A stretch of 63,789 nucleotides of DNA, counting the filler, from Chiloscyllium plagiosum (lineage: Eukaryota), in NCBI RefSeq assembly GCF_004010195.1. It is 5 parts of 5 records of this genome, joined end to end, with 100 filler letters (N's around TTAATTAATTAA, not from the genome) between each part and the next. Parts side by side here need not be neighbours in the genome. Positions count along the whole stretch, not along the records: positions 17,798 to 38,502 come from NW_025214614.1; 4 more parts are not named here. One strand, 5' to 3'. Of the stretch, positions 23,935-36,350 are shown one piece after another. The position numbers and the translations under genes were made by a program. Every line of letters starts with the position of its first letter. Positions within the stretch are counted from its first letter, which is position 1. Below the pieces are notes generated by a model that saw only the letters and a list, made by a program, of their open reading frames with translations, was not told where the DNA came from and made no database searches.

Positions 23935-24205
23935 TGCTCACTTATAGTCACACCCTCCTGTCCCAGACCACTGGCCATAATTTGAAGTATTTAACCTACA
24001 AGGTGTGACTGCCTCCTCAAGCACAGTGTCCAGGTAACTCTCCCCCTCCCTGATGTGTCGCAGTGTTTGAAGCTCAGATTCCAGATCATCAACTCTGAGC
24101 TGGAGTGCCTTGAGCAACCAACACTTGCTGCAGATGTGGTCACTCTGAGCTACAATGGGCTCCACCAGCTTCCCCAACGTGCAATTACTCCACATCGCCT
24201 GGCCC
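23935..24205 (-). mobile_element. CR1 ORF1 fragment
   Basis: DHICSKCWLLKALQLRVDDLESELQTLRHIREGESYLDT (zinc finger/coiled coil of CR1 ORF1p). Confidence 0.65.
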
Positions 24206-25199
24206 CGTATGTGGAAATTGTTTGAGGCGGTTTTAATTTGTATTTTTAAATTTCCTGTTGATCTTTATTTTTTAATCTGTAAAATATTTCCGTCAAGGAG
24301 ACAGAGAAGGCTCCAGCACAGGAGGAGGCTATTCAGCCCCTCGTGTCAGTGCTAGCTGTTTACTCACCTCATTCACAATGAACATCTCTGTTGAATGTTT
24401 GTTGTCAGGAAGTGATTGAATTTGTTTTTAGAGACAGAATAACGGACAAATATGAACTGCTCCGAGAGAGTCAGCATGGATTGACAAAGGTTCAGATATC
24501 TTTAACTAACCTGGTTACACTTTGTTAGGAGCTCACTAATGTGGGATATAAGGGAATGTCGATGGCTCTTGTCCATAGGGAATTCCACAAGACATTTAAA
24601 AAGAGACATGGAATCAGATGGAGTTTGCGAAATGCATTTATCTTGGGTCAGGAATGGATCCGGAGCTAGGAGACAGAGAGGAGGGATAATGTGCATGTCT
24701 TCTAATGAGCAAGATGTGAATAGTGGTGTCTCCAGGGATCTGTGCTGAGACCTCAGCTTCACACAATATTTCTCAGTGACTTGGATGAAGAAATAGAGAG
24801 CCATATATCCAAGATTGTCGATCAAACTGAGTGAGGTGGTTTGGAGGGTGAGATAGGGAGGGTGGAAGGACAGGGAGAGGTCTGAGGACAAGGATGAGAA
24901 CTTGCAAATCAAGATGTTAGTTCGGATACTGGCAGCAGAGTTTGGGATGAGCTGATGTTTACCGAAGGTGGTGGCTGTGACATGGGCCAGGACAACATTG
25001 GAATGGTCGTGTTTGGAGTCCCCAGAACATAGCTGAGATTTTCAATGTCTGATCTTTGTCATGTGGAGGATGTGGGGCTCAGATCAGCCTCAAAGATGAG
25101 TCTAAGGTCGTAAAGAGTCTGGTTGAGCAGCAGACAGTTCTCAGGGAGAGGGATGAAGTTTGTACCAGGAGCTGAAGAGGATCGCTTTGATCTTTTCAA

Positions 25200-25465
25200 T
25201 GTGTTTCCCAGTGAGCCTGGCTCCTCAGTCCTGACTGCTCTTAGCTGCTGTGATTGTCACTGATTGGACACTTATTATTAGAGATTCTGACCACATCAGA
25301 AAGCCCTAGTGTAAAAATAACTGCAAAGACTGTCAGATCGCAAGGTTGAAACTCCACCAAGAGAGGAAGTGAAAGAAGGAGCTCAGAGCAGCTGGACTTT
25401 TGTTACTGAGACGGGAGAAAACTGTGAACCATCTGCACTCCCTGGAATCTGACAGCACAGGAGGA
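25200..25465 (+). promoter_or_regulatory. Candidate B-cell enhancer upstream of V2 (ETS-IRF composite element plus E-boxes)
   Basis: GGAAGTGAAA 25365-25374, CAGCTG 25389-25394, CATCTG 25430-25435; near-identical inverted copy at 46657-46925. Confidence 0.5.
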
Positions 25466-28400
25466 GGCCATTCAGCCCACTGTGTCTGTGAGTGACCCAA
25501 GTAGTCCTACTGCTCCTCTCTCTCCCCATAATCCAGCAAATCTTTCCTTTTCAGCTCGATCTTAATTCTCTCTTGTAGACATGGGTATACAGCACAAGAC
25601 TGCCCCAACCTTGTTCCAAATTGGTATCTCATTCATTCATTGGGAAACAAACTGCCTGGGCTGGGAAATGGAGCTCAGGACCCTGAACATTCCCTCTCCC
25701 CTCCTGAGGGACACTTCATTCGGTTTTGCATATTCATTTGTGGGAGGTGGGCTTCACCGGCTGGCCCAGCATTTTTTACCCTGTCCCTAGTTACCCTGGA
25801 GAAGGCGGTGGGAAGCTGCTTCTTGAATCGCTATAGTCCACAAGCTGTAAGTTGACCCACAATGCTCTTCGGGAGGGAATGCCAGCATTTTAACCCAGCA
25901 AGGCTGAGGGAACAGCAATATATTTCCAAGTCAGGATGCCAAGCTTTTCCGAGGGGAAATTGCAGCTCATAGTGTTCCCATGTGTCTGCAGCTCTTGTTC
26001 TTCGAAATAGAAGTGGACGTGGGTTTGGAAGGAAACCAAAAGAAATGCGGATGCTGTAAATCTGAGACCAAGATCGAAATTGCTGGAAAAGCTTGGCAGG
26101 TCTGGCAGCATCTGTGAAGAGAGATTGGGTCAAGCATGAAACGTTAACTCTGATTTCTCTCCCCAGATGCTGCAAGACCTGCTGAGCTTTTCCTGCGATT
26201 TCTATTTTTGTCCATGGTTTTGGAAGGTGCTATCTGAGGACCTTTGGTGAGTTTCTGCAGTGCATCTTATCAATAATACACACTGCTGCTACTGAGCATC
26301 GGGAATGGTGAGAGTGGATGCTTTGAGAATATGAAGCCAATCAAGCAGGTTGCTTGGCTCTGGATGGTATCAAGTTTTTTGAGTGGACAAGAAAGACATA
26401 GACAGGAATGGATTAGAGGGATACGGGCCAAATGCAGGCAAATGAGACTCGTTCATTTCAGAAAACCTGGTCAGCATATAGAAGTTTGGCTAAAGAGTTT
26501 GTTTCTACGCTGTATGACTCTGTGACATTACCAATCTATGAATGTTGTTGGAGCTGCACCCATCCAGGCAAGTGTGGAGTATTTGATCACACTCCTGACT
26601 TGGTTGACAGGCTTTGGGGGAATCAGGAGGTGAATTTCTCGATACAGTATTCCTAGTCTCTAACCTGCTCTTGTAACCACTGTGTTTCTGTGGTGAGTCC
26701 AGTTGTGTTTCTGGTCAATGGTACCTCAAGAATGTTGACAGTGGGCGTTCAGTGATGGTAATAGCATTGACTGTCAAGGGGCGATGGTTAGATTGTCTCT
26801 TATTGGTGATGGTCATTGGCTGGCATTTACATGACACCGATGGNNNNNNNNNNNNNNNNNNNNNNNNNNNNNNNNNNNNNNNNNNNNNNNNNNNNNNNNN
26901 NNNNNNNNNNNNNNNNNNNNNNNNNNNNNNNNNNNNNNNNNNNNNNNNNNNNNNNNNNNNNNNNNNNNNNNNNNNNNNNNNNNNNNNNNNNNNNNNNNNN
27001 NNNNNNNNNNNNNNNNNNNNNNNNNNNNNNNNNNNNNNNNNNNNNNNNNNNNNNNNNNNNNNNNNNNNNNNNNNNNNNNNNNNNNNNNNNNNNNNNNNNN
27101 NNNNNNNNNNNNNNNNNNNNNNNNNNNNNNNNNNNNNNNNNNNNNNNNNNNNNNNNNNNNNNNNNNNNNNNNNNNNNNNNNNNNNNNNNNNNNNNNNNNN
27201 NNNNNNNNNNNNNNNNNNNNNNNNNNNNNNNNNNNNNNNNNNNNNNNNNNNNNNNNNNNNNNNNNNNNNNNNNNNNNNNNNNNNNNNNNNNNNNNNNNNN
27301 NNNNNNNNNNNNNNNNNNNNNNNNNNNNNNNNNNNNNNNNNNNNNNNNNNNNNNNNNNNNNNNNNNNNNNNNNNNNNNNNNNNNNNNNNNNNNNNNNNNN
27401 NNNNNNNNNNNNNNNNNNNNNNNNNNNNNNNNNNNNNNNNNNNNNNNNNNNNNNNNNNNNNNNNNNNNNNNNNNNNNNNNNNNNNNNNNNNNNNNNNNNN
27501 NNNNNNNNNNNNNNNNNNNNNNNNNNNNNNNNNNNNNNNNNNNNNNNNNNNNNNNNNNNNNNNNNNNNNNNNNNNNNNNNNNNNNNNNNNNNNNNNNNNN
27601 NNNNNNNNNNNNNNNNNNNNNNNNNNNNNNNNNNNNNNNNNNNNNNNNNNNNNNNNNNNNNNNGGCCATTTCAGAGGGCAGTTAAGGGTCAACCACATTG
27701 CTGGGGGACAGTTCCATGGACCCTGCAGTACATTCTGTCCTCCCCCACTTCCCCATTCAGTATGTGGAAGGCTGGAGGTTGCCAGCAGGATATTCAACTG
27801 CAGGAGCTATCACAGCCCCCTGCACAATTCTATCCACACATTAAATCCACACAAATCTTGAATTCACATAGCACCTTCAATGTTCAAAACGGTCCAAGAT
27901 GGTTCACAAAGTTGCAGTAAGAGGAATGGGGGTGGAGGAACATAAGAACTAGGAGCAGGAGCAGGCAATTCAGCCCCTCGAGCCCGCTCCACCATTTAAT
28001 ACAATCATGGCTGATCCCATCTCAGCCTCAACTCCACTTTCCTGCCCACTCTCCATCATCCTTTAACCCATTACCCATTAAATATCTGTCCATCTCCTCC
28101 TTGGTGTGAGACAGGGAAGGGACCACTCCATTTCAGAAAAGACTGACTGTGGAAGGGGAAGGAGAGGGGACGGGATTGGAACATGTTGTGAATGGACAGG
28201 ATGGGTCAGTGGGTCAGAGTCTATCCTGTCCCTCCAGCTCACACTGATGGCCTGAGGATCTCCTCTCTCTGCTGGGCCTTCATGGAATGAGGTTTGCGTC
28301 CAAACCAGTCCCCAGTGAGAGTAGGCCAACAGCACAGAACTGCCCTTCATTTGACAAGAATCTGTCCATCTGCATGAAACAAGCTAAATGTTTGGTCAAT

Positions 28401-29760
28401 GTGGGAAATGGGGCCTTACTCCAGGAGAAGACAGGGGTCAAGGGTTAACATCCGTTAGTGAGGCAGAGCAAAGGGAGATTTATGCAGCATTCAACTGGGA
28501 CCACCTGGGACACTGTCAGAAAGAGAGAGAAGTGAGACAGAGAGAGATAGAACGAGAGTGTCTGTGTGTGTGAGAGAGAGAGAGAGAGGATGTGATTGTA
28601 CCTGAGAGGGTACAGGGGCGATTTCCCAAAATGTTGCCTGAATCTGAGCTTTGAGGAAAGATTGGAAAGGTTGGGGTTGTTTTCCTTGGAGCAGATAAGA
28701 TTATTCGGAGCAGTGATAGGGTGGGTAGGAAAGCACTTATTGCATGAGACAAGGACTCAATAACCTGGGACAGAGATTGAAGGTAACACAGGCATGGACA
28801 CATAGAAACTGCTGCAGGAGTTGGCCATTCGGCCCTTTGAGCCTGGTCTGTCATTCAGTATGATCAAAGCCATATTCCTGCTTTCTCCCTATTCCCTTCA
28901 TGCTGTTAAAATGCACACAATTATCTCTCTCTCTTTTTTCAATATATTCAGTTCCTTATCCTCCACAGCCTTCAGTGAAGAGAATTCCACAGGTTGACCA
29001 CCCTCTGAGTGAAGAAATGTTTCCTCATCTCAGTCCGAAATGGTCTACCCACTATCCCTCTGAGACTGTGTCCCCTGGTTCTAGACTCCCCAACCAGGGG
29101 AAACCTCCTCCCTGCCCAGCCCTGTTAGAATTTTATACATCCATCTGAATTCGAGTGAATCCAGGCCCAGTCGAGTTCGAGAGAGAGAGGAGAGATGAGG
29201 AGAAATGTTTTCACCCAGAGGGTGGTGGGAGTCTGGAACTCACTGCCTGAAAGGCTGGTTGTGTCACAAACTCTCGTGACATTGGAGCAGTGTTTAGATA
29301 TTCCCTTGTGTTGCTGTAACCTCCAGGGTAATGGGCCAAGAGCTGGAGGATGGGATTAGTGTCATCAGATCTTTGTTTAACNNNNNNNNNNNNNNNNNNN
29401 NNNNNNNNNNNNNNNNNNNNNNNNNNNNNNNNNNNNNNNNNNNNNNNNNNNNNNNNNNNNNNNNNNNNNNNNNNNNNNNNNNNNNNNNNNNNNNNNNNNN
29501 NNNNNNNNNNNNNNNNNNNNNNNNNNNNNNNNNNNNNNNNNNNNNNNNNNNNNNNNNNNNNNNNNNNNNNNNNNNNNNNNNNNNNNNNNNNNNNNNNNNN
29601 NNNNNNNNNNNNNNNNNNNNNNNNNNNNNNNNNNNNNNNNNNNNNNNNNNNNNNNNNNNNNNNNNNNNNNNNNNNNNNNNNNNNNNNNNNNNNNNNNNNN
29701 NNNNNNNNNNNNNNNNNNNNNNNNNNNNNNNNNNNNNNNNNNNNNNNNNNNNNNNNNNNN

Positions 29761-29991
29761 CAACCATCACCTGTACGGCCAGTCAAAGCATTAGCAGCAG
29801 CCTTGCTTGGTACCAGCAGCGAGAAGGTCAGAAACCCTCTCTCCTGATCTATTATGCAACAAATCGATTCACAGGAGTCTCCAATCGATTCACCGGCAGT
29901 GGATCAGGGACCAGTTTCACCCTGAAAATCAGCAACGTTCAGAATGAGGATGTCGCTGACTATTACTGTCAGCAGTATTACAGCTGGCCTT
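29761..29991 (+). CDS. IGKV: Ig kappa V2 (3' part; leader and FR1 start lie in the N gap)
   Basis: [76 protein letters not shown]; open frame with canonical residues. Confidence 0.93.
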
Positions 29992-30019
29992 CACAGTGAT
30001 ACAGATCCGTACAAAAACC
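29992..30019 (+). other. 12-bp-spacer RSS of V2 (consensus)
   Basis: CACAGTG-atacagatccgt-ACAAAAACC. Confidence 0.97.
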
Positions 30020-30445
30020 TCAATACACACAGCACCACCTCCTGTACTGATACAAACCAGAGTAATATAAAATGTATAATACTGGACACACACAGTCCCA
30101 CCACCTGAACTGACATATCCGACAGTTCGATATAAATGAAACTGAGCAAATTACCCCATGCTGGGATTGTCACTGTCCACGACACACTCCAGTCCCTGTG
30201 GTGTCCACCGCTCACTGAAAGCCTCAAGTTTCCCTCTTCCACTCCATGGCTACATGTGAAGGGCAGCTGCAAGAATTAACATCGAATTTCACAACTCTCC
30301 CAAGCCCAGCTGCACAACCCAGAGAGACAGAGACAGAGACACAACGACACATGAATGAGGGAAAGACAGAGAGGGGCAGAAAGAGGGTGAGAGTGAATGA
30401 GAGACTGGGAGAGGTTGAGAGTGATGGGGGGAAGCAGAGAGCAGA

Positions 30446-30484
30446 GGTTTTTGTACAGCCTCTCCACTAGGAGCTCTCACTGTG
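30446..30484 (-). other. 23-bp-spacer RSS of J2 (consensus)
   Basis: GGTTTTTGT (30446-30454), 23 nt, CACTGTG (30478-30484). V12/J23 is the kappa-type configuration. Confidence 0.97.
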
Positions 30485-30519
30485 ACTTACGTTCGGTAAA
30501 GGAACCAAGCTCAGACTGA
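30485..30519 (+). CDS. IGKJ: Ig kappa J2 segment (LTFGKGTKLRL)
   Basis: FGxG motif; GTAAGT donor at 30520-30525 in phase 1. Confidence 0.95.
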
Positions 30520-32787
30520 GTAAGTAAACCTCAATCCTCCGTTATTAACCCTGTCAATACTGAAACACAATTTCTAAAATACAGTTGCTGAATTGTTGAA
30601 GATGTTAGTGGGGAGCTGCAGTGAATGAAATGGTTGATTGAGGAGCACTGTGTCTAACAGGGTGTCCAGCTGTATTTCTTTAGTTCCATTGCTCCCTTTA
30701 AAAAACAAGATATAAGTCAGTTAGGTTTACTCACCGTGTGGAGGAGCTCTGTCCATTTGCAGCCTGTGGTCCCATTCCTGCAGCATGGAGTGAAATCAGT
30801 GAGTAGCCTCCTGCCAGTCTCAGTGTGACGGACACGGGCAGAGTTTGATGTGAGCTCTGGCTCCCGGTCCCAGTCTCTGATCTCACTGACCTCAGCAGCA
30901 GCAGCAGCAGCAGCAGCACAGTGAGACACCGAGCTCCCACCTCCCCCAGCTTTAACTCTGCTCATTCACACAATCACAGAATTGTTACAATGCACAAGGA
31001 GGCCATTCTGTCCATCCTGTCTGTACTGGCTCTCTGAATGAGCAATTCACTGAGTGTCATTCTCTTGCCTTCTCCCTGTCACCCTGCACATTGTTCCTTT
31101 TCAAATAACAGTCTCATTCCCTTCGGAATGTTTCAATTGAAGCTGCCTCCACCACACTCTCAGGCAGTGCATTCCACACCTCAACCACTCATTGGCTGAG
31201 CATGTTGTTCCCCATCTCACTTTTGTTACTTTTCCCAATTACTTTCAATCTGTGATCTCTCGGTCATAATCCTTTCTCACTTGGGAACATTTTCTCCCTA
31301 TTTACTATGTCCAGGCCCCTCCTGGTTTCAATTCCTCGAACAAATCTCCTCTCAGCCTTCTCCAAAGAAGACAGTCCCAAATTCTCCAATCAAACTTCAT
31401 AACTGATGTTCCTCATCCCTGAAATGATCTTTGGGAATATTTTTTGCCATTTCTACAAAACGTCACCTCCTTCCTGAATTATTCACATTTTCTATGTACC
31501 TCATGATTTTATAAACCTCTACAAGGTCACTCCTCAGACTCTTACACATCAGAGTAAAATGTCTCAGCTTTTCCGGCCTCTCATTGTCATGGAGTCATAC
31601 AGCGTGGAAACAGACCTTTCAGTTCAACTTGTCCATGCTAACCAGATATCCTAAACTGACCTCATCCCATTTGCCAGCATTTAGCTTACATCCCTCTAAA
31701 CCCTTCCTATCCATGTACCCATCCCAATGTGTTTTAAATGCTGTAACTGTATCTGCCTCCAACACTTTCTCTGGCAACTCGATCCATACACATACCACCC
31801 TCTGTGTGACAAGTTACCCCTCAGGTCTCTTTTGAATCTTTTGCCTCTCACCTTAAACCTACGCCATCTTGTTTTGGACTCCCTTTCCCAAGGATAAGAC
31901 CTTGGATTTGCACCCTGTCCATGCCCCTCATGGTTTCATACACATCTATAAGACCATCCCTCAGCCTTGAATGCTGCAGGAAAAATAGCCCCAGTTTCTT
32001 CAGCCTTTCCCTTTCGCTCAAACCTTCCAATTCCTGGCCATGTCCTTGTAAATCTTTTCTGCAGCTTTTTAAGTTTAACAACATCCTTCCTATCGCAGAA
32101 TGATCAGAATTGTTCACATTATTCCCAAAGTGGCCTCACCAATCTCCTATACAGCTGCACCATGATGTCCCACCTCCTGCACTCAATGCAGTGACCAATA
32201 AAGGCAAGCATACCCAACACCTTCTTCATCAACCTGTCTACCTTTGACCCCACTTTCAAGGAATAATGCACCTGCATCTTCACCCCTAGGTCTCTTTGTT
32301 CAGCAACACTCCACAGGGTCCTCCCATTAACTGTATAACTCCTGCCCTGGTTTGCCTTTCCAAAATGCAACATCTCACATTTATCTAAACTGAACTCCAT
32401 TTGCCACACCTCTACCCATTGCCCCATTTGATCAAGGTCCCACTGTACCTTCTTCACTATCCACTGTCCCGCCAATTTTGATGTCATCTACAAACTTACT
32501 GAAACTCCTATATTCACATCCAAATCATTTCTTTAAATGACAAAGGCAGTGAACCCAGCACCAATGCCTGTGGCACACAGCTATTCACAGATCTCCAGTC
32601 TGAAAAACAACCCTTTACCACCACTCTCTGTCTCATATCTTCAATCCAATTTTTTTACCCCAATGGCTCACTTCCTCTGGATCCCATGTGGTTTAACCTT
32701 ACTAACCAGTCTATCATGTGGAACCTTGTCAAACACTTTACTAAAGTCCATATAGACAATGTTTACTGTTCTGCCTTCATCAATCTT

Positions 32788-33095
32788 GTGGGCGGCATGG
32801 TGGCACAGTGGTTAGCACTGCTGCCTCACAACGCCAGAGACCTGGGTTCAATTCCCGCCTCAGGCGACTGACTGTGTGGAGTTTGCACATTCTCCCCGTG
32901 TCTGCGTGGGTTTCCTCCGGGTGCTCCGGTTTCCTCCCATGGTCCAAAGATGTGCAGGTCAGGTGAATTGGCCATGCTAAATTGCCCATAGTGTTAGGTA
33001 AAGGAGGGGAATGGGTGGGTTGCGCTTCGGCGGGTCGGTGTGGACTTGTTGGGCCGAAGGGCCTGTTTCCACACTAAGTAATCTAATCTAATCTT
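32788..33095 (+). mobile_element. Full-length young HE1-like SINE specific to cluster 2
   Basis: Flanked by aatctt (32782-32787 and 33090-33095); empty site in cluster 1 at ~6962 (caatcttctttgtcacc). Confidence 0.9.
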
Positions 33096-36000
33096 CTTTG
33101 TCACCTCAATCAAATTCAGGAGACATGAATTCCTATGCATTGAACCACATTGATTATCCAAAGAATGTAAATCCTATCCCACAGAATACACTCCAACATC
33201 TTACCCAGCACTGACATCAGGCTCACTGGTCTATAGTTCCCTGGCATTTCCTTACAGTCTTTCTCAAATAATGGCATAACATTAGCCAACCTATCTGGTT
33301 CTCCAGCACCTTACCCATGTTTGTCAGTGATACATATATCTCAGCAAGGGGCCCAGCAATCTCTTCCCTAGTTTCCCACAATGTTCTGGGATACACATGA
33401 TCAGGTCCGAGGGTTTATCTATCTTTATGTGTTTTAAGATCTTTTGCGTTTCCTCATTTGTGTGTGGTCTCTTTTCAAGTCATCACTATTTTTCCAAATT
33501 CCCTAGCTTTCTCCACAATAAATACTGACCTGAAATATTTGTTTGGGATCTCACCCATCTCTTGTGTCTTACCAAAATACAGCACTCACATTTATCTGAA
33601 TTAAACTCCATCTGCCATTTCTCAACCCAGTTAGTCAAAATTTCATTGTATTCTTAGACAGCCTTCTTCGCTGCTAATAATTAGATTAGATTCTCTACAG
33701 TGTGGAAACAGGCCCTTCGGCCCAACAAGTCCGAACAGTAACCCACCCAGACCCATTTCCCCCTCTGTAATGTATCTAACACTATGGACAATTTAGCATG
33801 GACAATTCACCTGACCTGCACATCTTTGGACCATGGGAGGAAACCAAAGCACCCGGAGGAAACCCATGCAGACAAAGGGAGAATGTGCAAACTCCACTCA
33901 CCCAAAGCTGGAATCGAACCTGCGACCCTTTTACTGTAAGGCTGCAGTGCTAACCACTGAGCCACCGTGCTGCCCCACCGGAGCCACCACTGAGCCACCG
34001 ATGCCTCCTGAAAATTCACCTGAACACATTCTCGCAACTCTGGCCCCTCTCTACCCATTACACTGCTGCTACTCCAAACTATATTCAGAAACTAAAGACC
34101 CCCATTCTCATCATTCTCATCAGGATTCTTAACTGAATTCTGGTTGGAGAGTGGGATGCACTCAGGGGATTTCTGTACTAGCGGCCTAGTCCTTTTGGAC
34201 TGTCTGCTGCTCCCCCATTCCCTCTCTCCCTGCATACTCTGAAGCTGCAGAGTGACCACATCTAGAAACGTGCTCTNNNNNNNNNNNNNNNNNNNNNNNN
34301 NNNNNNNNNNNNNNNNNNNNNNNNNNNNNNNNNNNNNNNNNNNNNNNNNNNNNNNNNNNNNNNNNNNNNNNNNNNNNNNNNNNNNNNNNNNNNNNNNNNN
34401 NNNNNNNNNNNNNNNNNNNNNNNNNNNNNNNNNNNNNNNNNNNNNNNNNNNNNNNNNNNNNNNNNNNNNNNNNNNNNNNNNNNNNNNNNNNNNNNNNNNN
34501 NNNNNNNNNNNNNNNNNNNNNNNNNCAGGAACCTTCCATCCCCTTAACAATCATGAACCTATCTATTTCTGTCTTAAATACACTCAGTGACTTGGCCTCC
34601 ACTGCCCTCTGTAGCAATGAGTTCCACAGATTCCCCACCCTCTGGCTGAAGAAATTCCTCCTCATCTCAGCTCGAAAGGGTCGGCCCTTCATTCTGAGGC
34701 TGTGCCTTGGTTACCGAGTCTCGCCTGTATTTGGAAACATCTTCTCTGCATCCACTCTATCCAGGCTGTCAGTATTCTGTAAATTTCAAAAAGGTCCCTC
34801 CTCATCCTTCTAAACTCCATCAAGTACAGACCCAGAGTCCTCAACCATGCCTCATATGACAAGCCCTTCATCCCCAGGATCATTCTTGTAAACCCCTTCA
34901 ATGCCAGCACATTGTTTCTTAGAATATGGGTCCCAAATCTGCTCACAATATTCCAAATTCAGTCTGACCAGAGCCTCACACAGCCTCAGCAGTACATCTC
35001 TGCTCTTGTATTCTCGCCATATTGAAATGAATGTTAACATTTCATTTGCCTTCCCAAGCACAAACTGGACCTGCCTGTTAACCTTAAGAGAAACCTGAAT
35101 GAGTTTTGTGCTTTAGATCTCCAAAGGCTTTCCTTATTTAGAAAATACCTCCATACCCTGACTCCATTGATTCCTGAAAGACCATCACCAATGTCCCCAC
35201 AATCTCCTCAGTGATCTCCTTCAGAACACACTGGTGTAGTTCAACCAGTCTGGGTGAGTTATCCACATTCAGACCTTTCAGCTTCCCCAGTACATCCTCC
35301 TTAGTGATGGCCACTACACTCACCTCTGCCCCTGACAGTCGTGAAGTACTGGGACATTGCTGGTGTTTTCCATGGTGCAGACTGATGTAATGTATGGATT
35401 CAATTCCTCGGCTTTTTCTTCATTTTCCTATTATTCTTTTTCCAATGTCTATTTCTGCCTCCCTCTTCATTTTTATATATCTGATGAAACTCTTGCAATC
35501 TTCTTTTATATTACTGGTTTGCTTTCCCCCACATTTCACCTTCTGTACCCTGAATGTTTTTTTTTAGTTATCCTCTACGGGTTTTTAAAGACTTCCTAAT
35601 CCTTTGGCTTCCCACTATTTTCCACCACATTGTATGCCTCTTCCTTTTGCTTTTATGCTGTCCTTGATCTCCCTCATCAGCCATGGTTGCATTGTCCTCC
35701 CCTTAGTCTGTTTCTTCTTTTTCAGGAGGAATTCCTACTATGCTTCCTGAATTACCCCCAGAAACTCTGCTGTTTGCTGCCCCACCATCTTACCTGCTCG
35801 GCTCCCCTTCCAATCAACTCTGGTCAACTCCTTCCTCATGTCTTTGTACTTACCTTTACTCAATTGAACTACTGTTCCATCTGATTGCAGCTTCTCCCTC
35901 TCAAGCTACAGCGGGATTTCTATCATATTATGGTCACTTATCCAGAGGGATACTTTCATCTTCAGCTCACTAATCAAATTGGCCTCATTACACATCACTG

Positions 36001-36311
36001 AATCCAAAACTGCCTGTTCCAAATGATCAACCACAAGCTGTTTCAAAAACCATCTCGTAGACATTCCGTGAAATCCTTTTGTTGAGATGCGCTACCCAGT
36101 CCACCTATCCATTGAAGTCTGCCACAACATTTTGTATATGGCTTTTCTGTCTCCAGTTCCAAACTTACAGCTCAGCACAGTCTCCATAACTTGTCCTACC
36201 TGCCTATCTTCTTTTCCACCTATCCTCCCACCCGCTATTGTACTCTATGCTGCTTTCTCTCCACCTCCACCCTCCTCTCACTTTTCTCTCCACCCTTCAG
36301 GCTGTCTGCCT

Positions 36312-36350
36312 GTATTCCTGATGAAGGGCTTTTGCCCGAAACGTTGATTT
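36312..36350 (+). ncRNA. Minimal hammerhead ribozyme motif in a Penelope 3' terminus
   Basis: CUGAUGA-A-GGGC-UUUU-GCCC-GAAACGUU; related copies near 10343 (cut by gap) and 15536. Confidence 0.55.

Noticed and set aside
32790-32860. tRNA-like sequence with A and B boxes
   Set aside because: It is the tRNA-derived head of an HE1-like SINE; CACAGTG matches inside SINE heads are likewise not RSSs.
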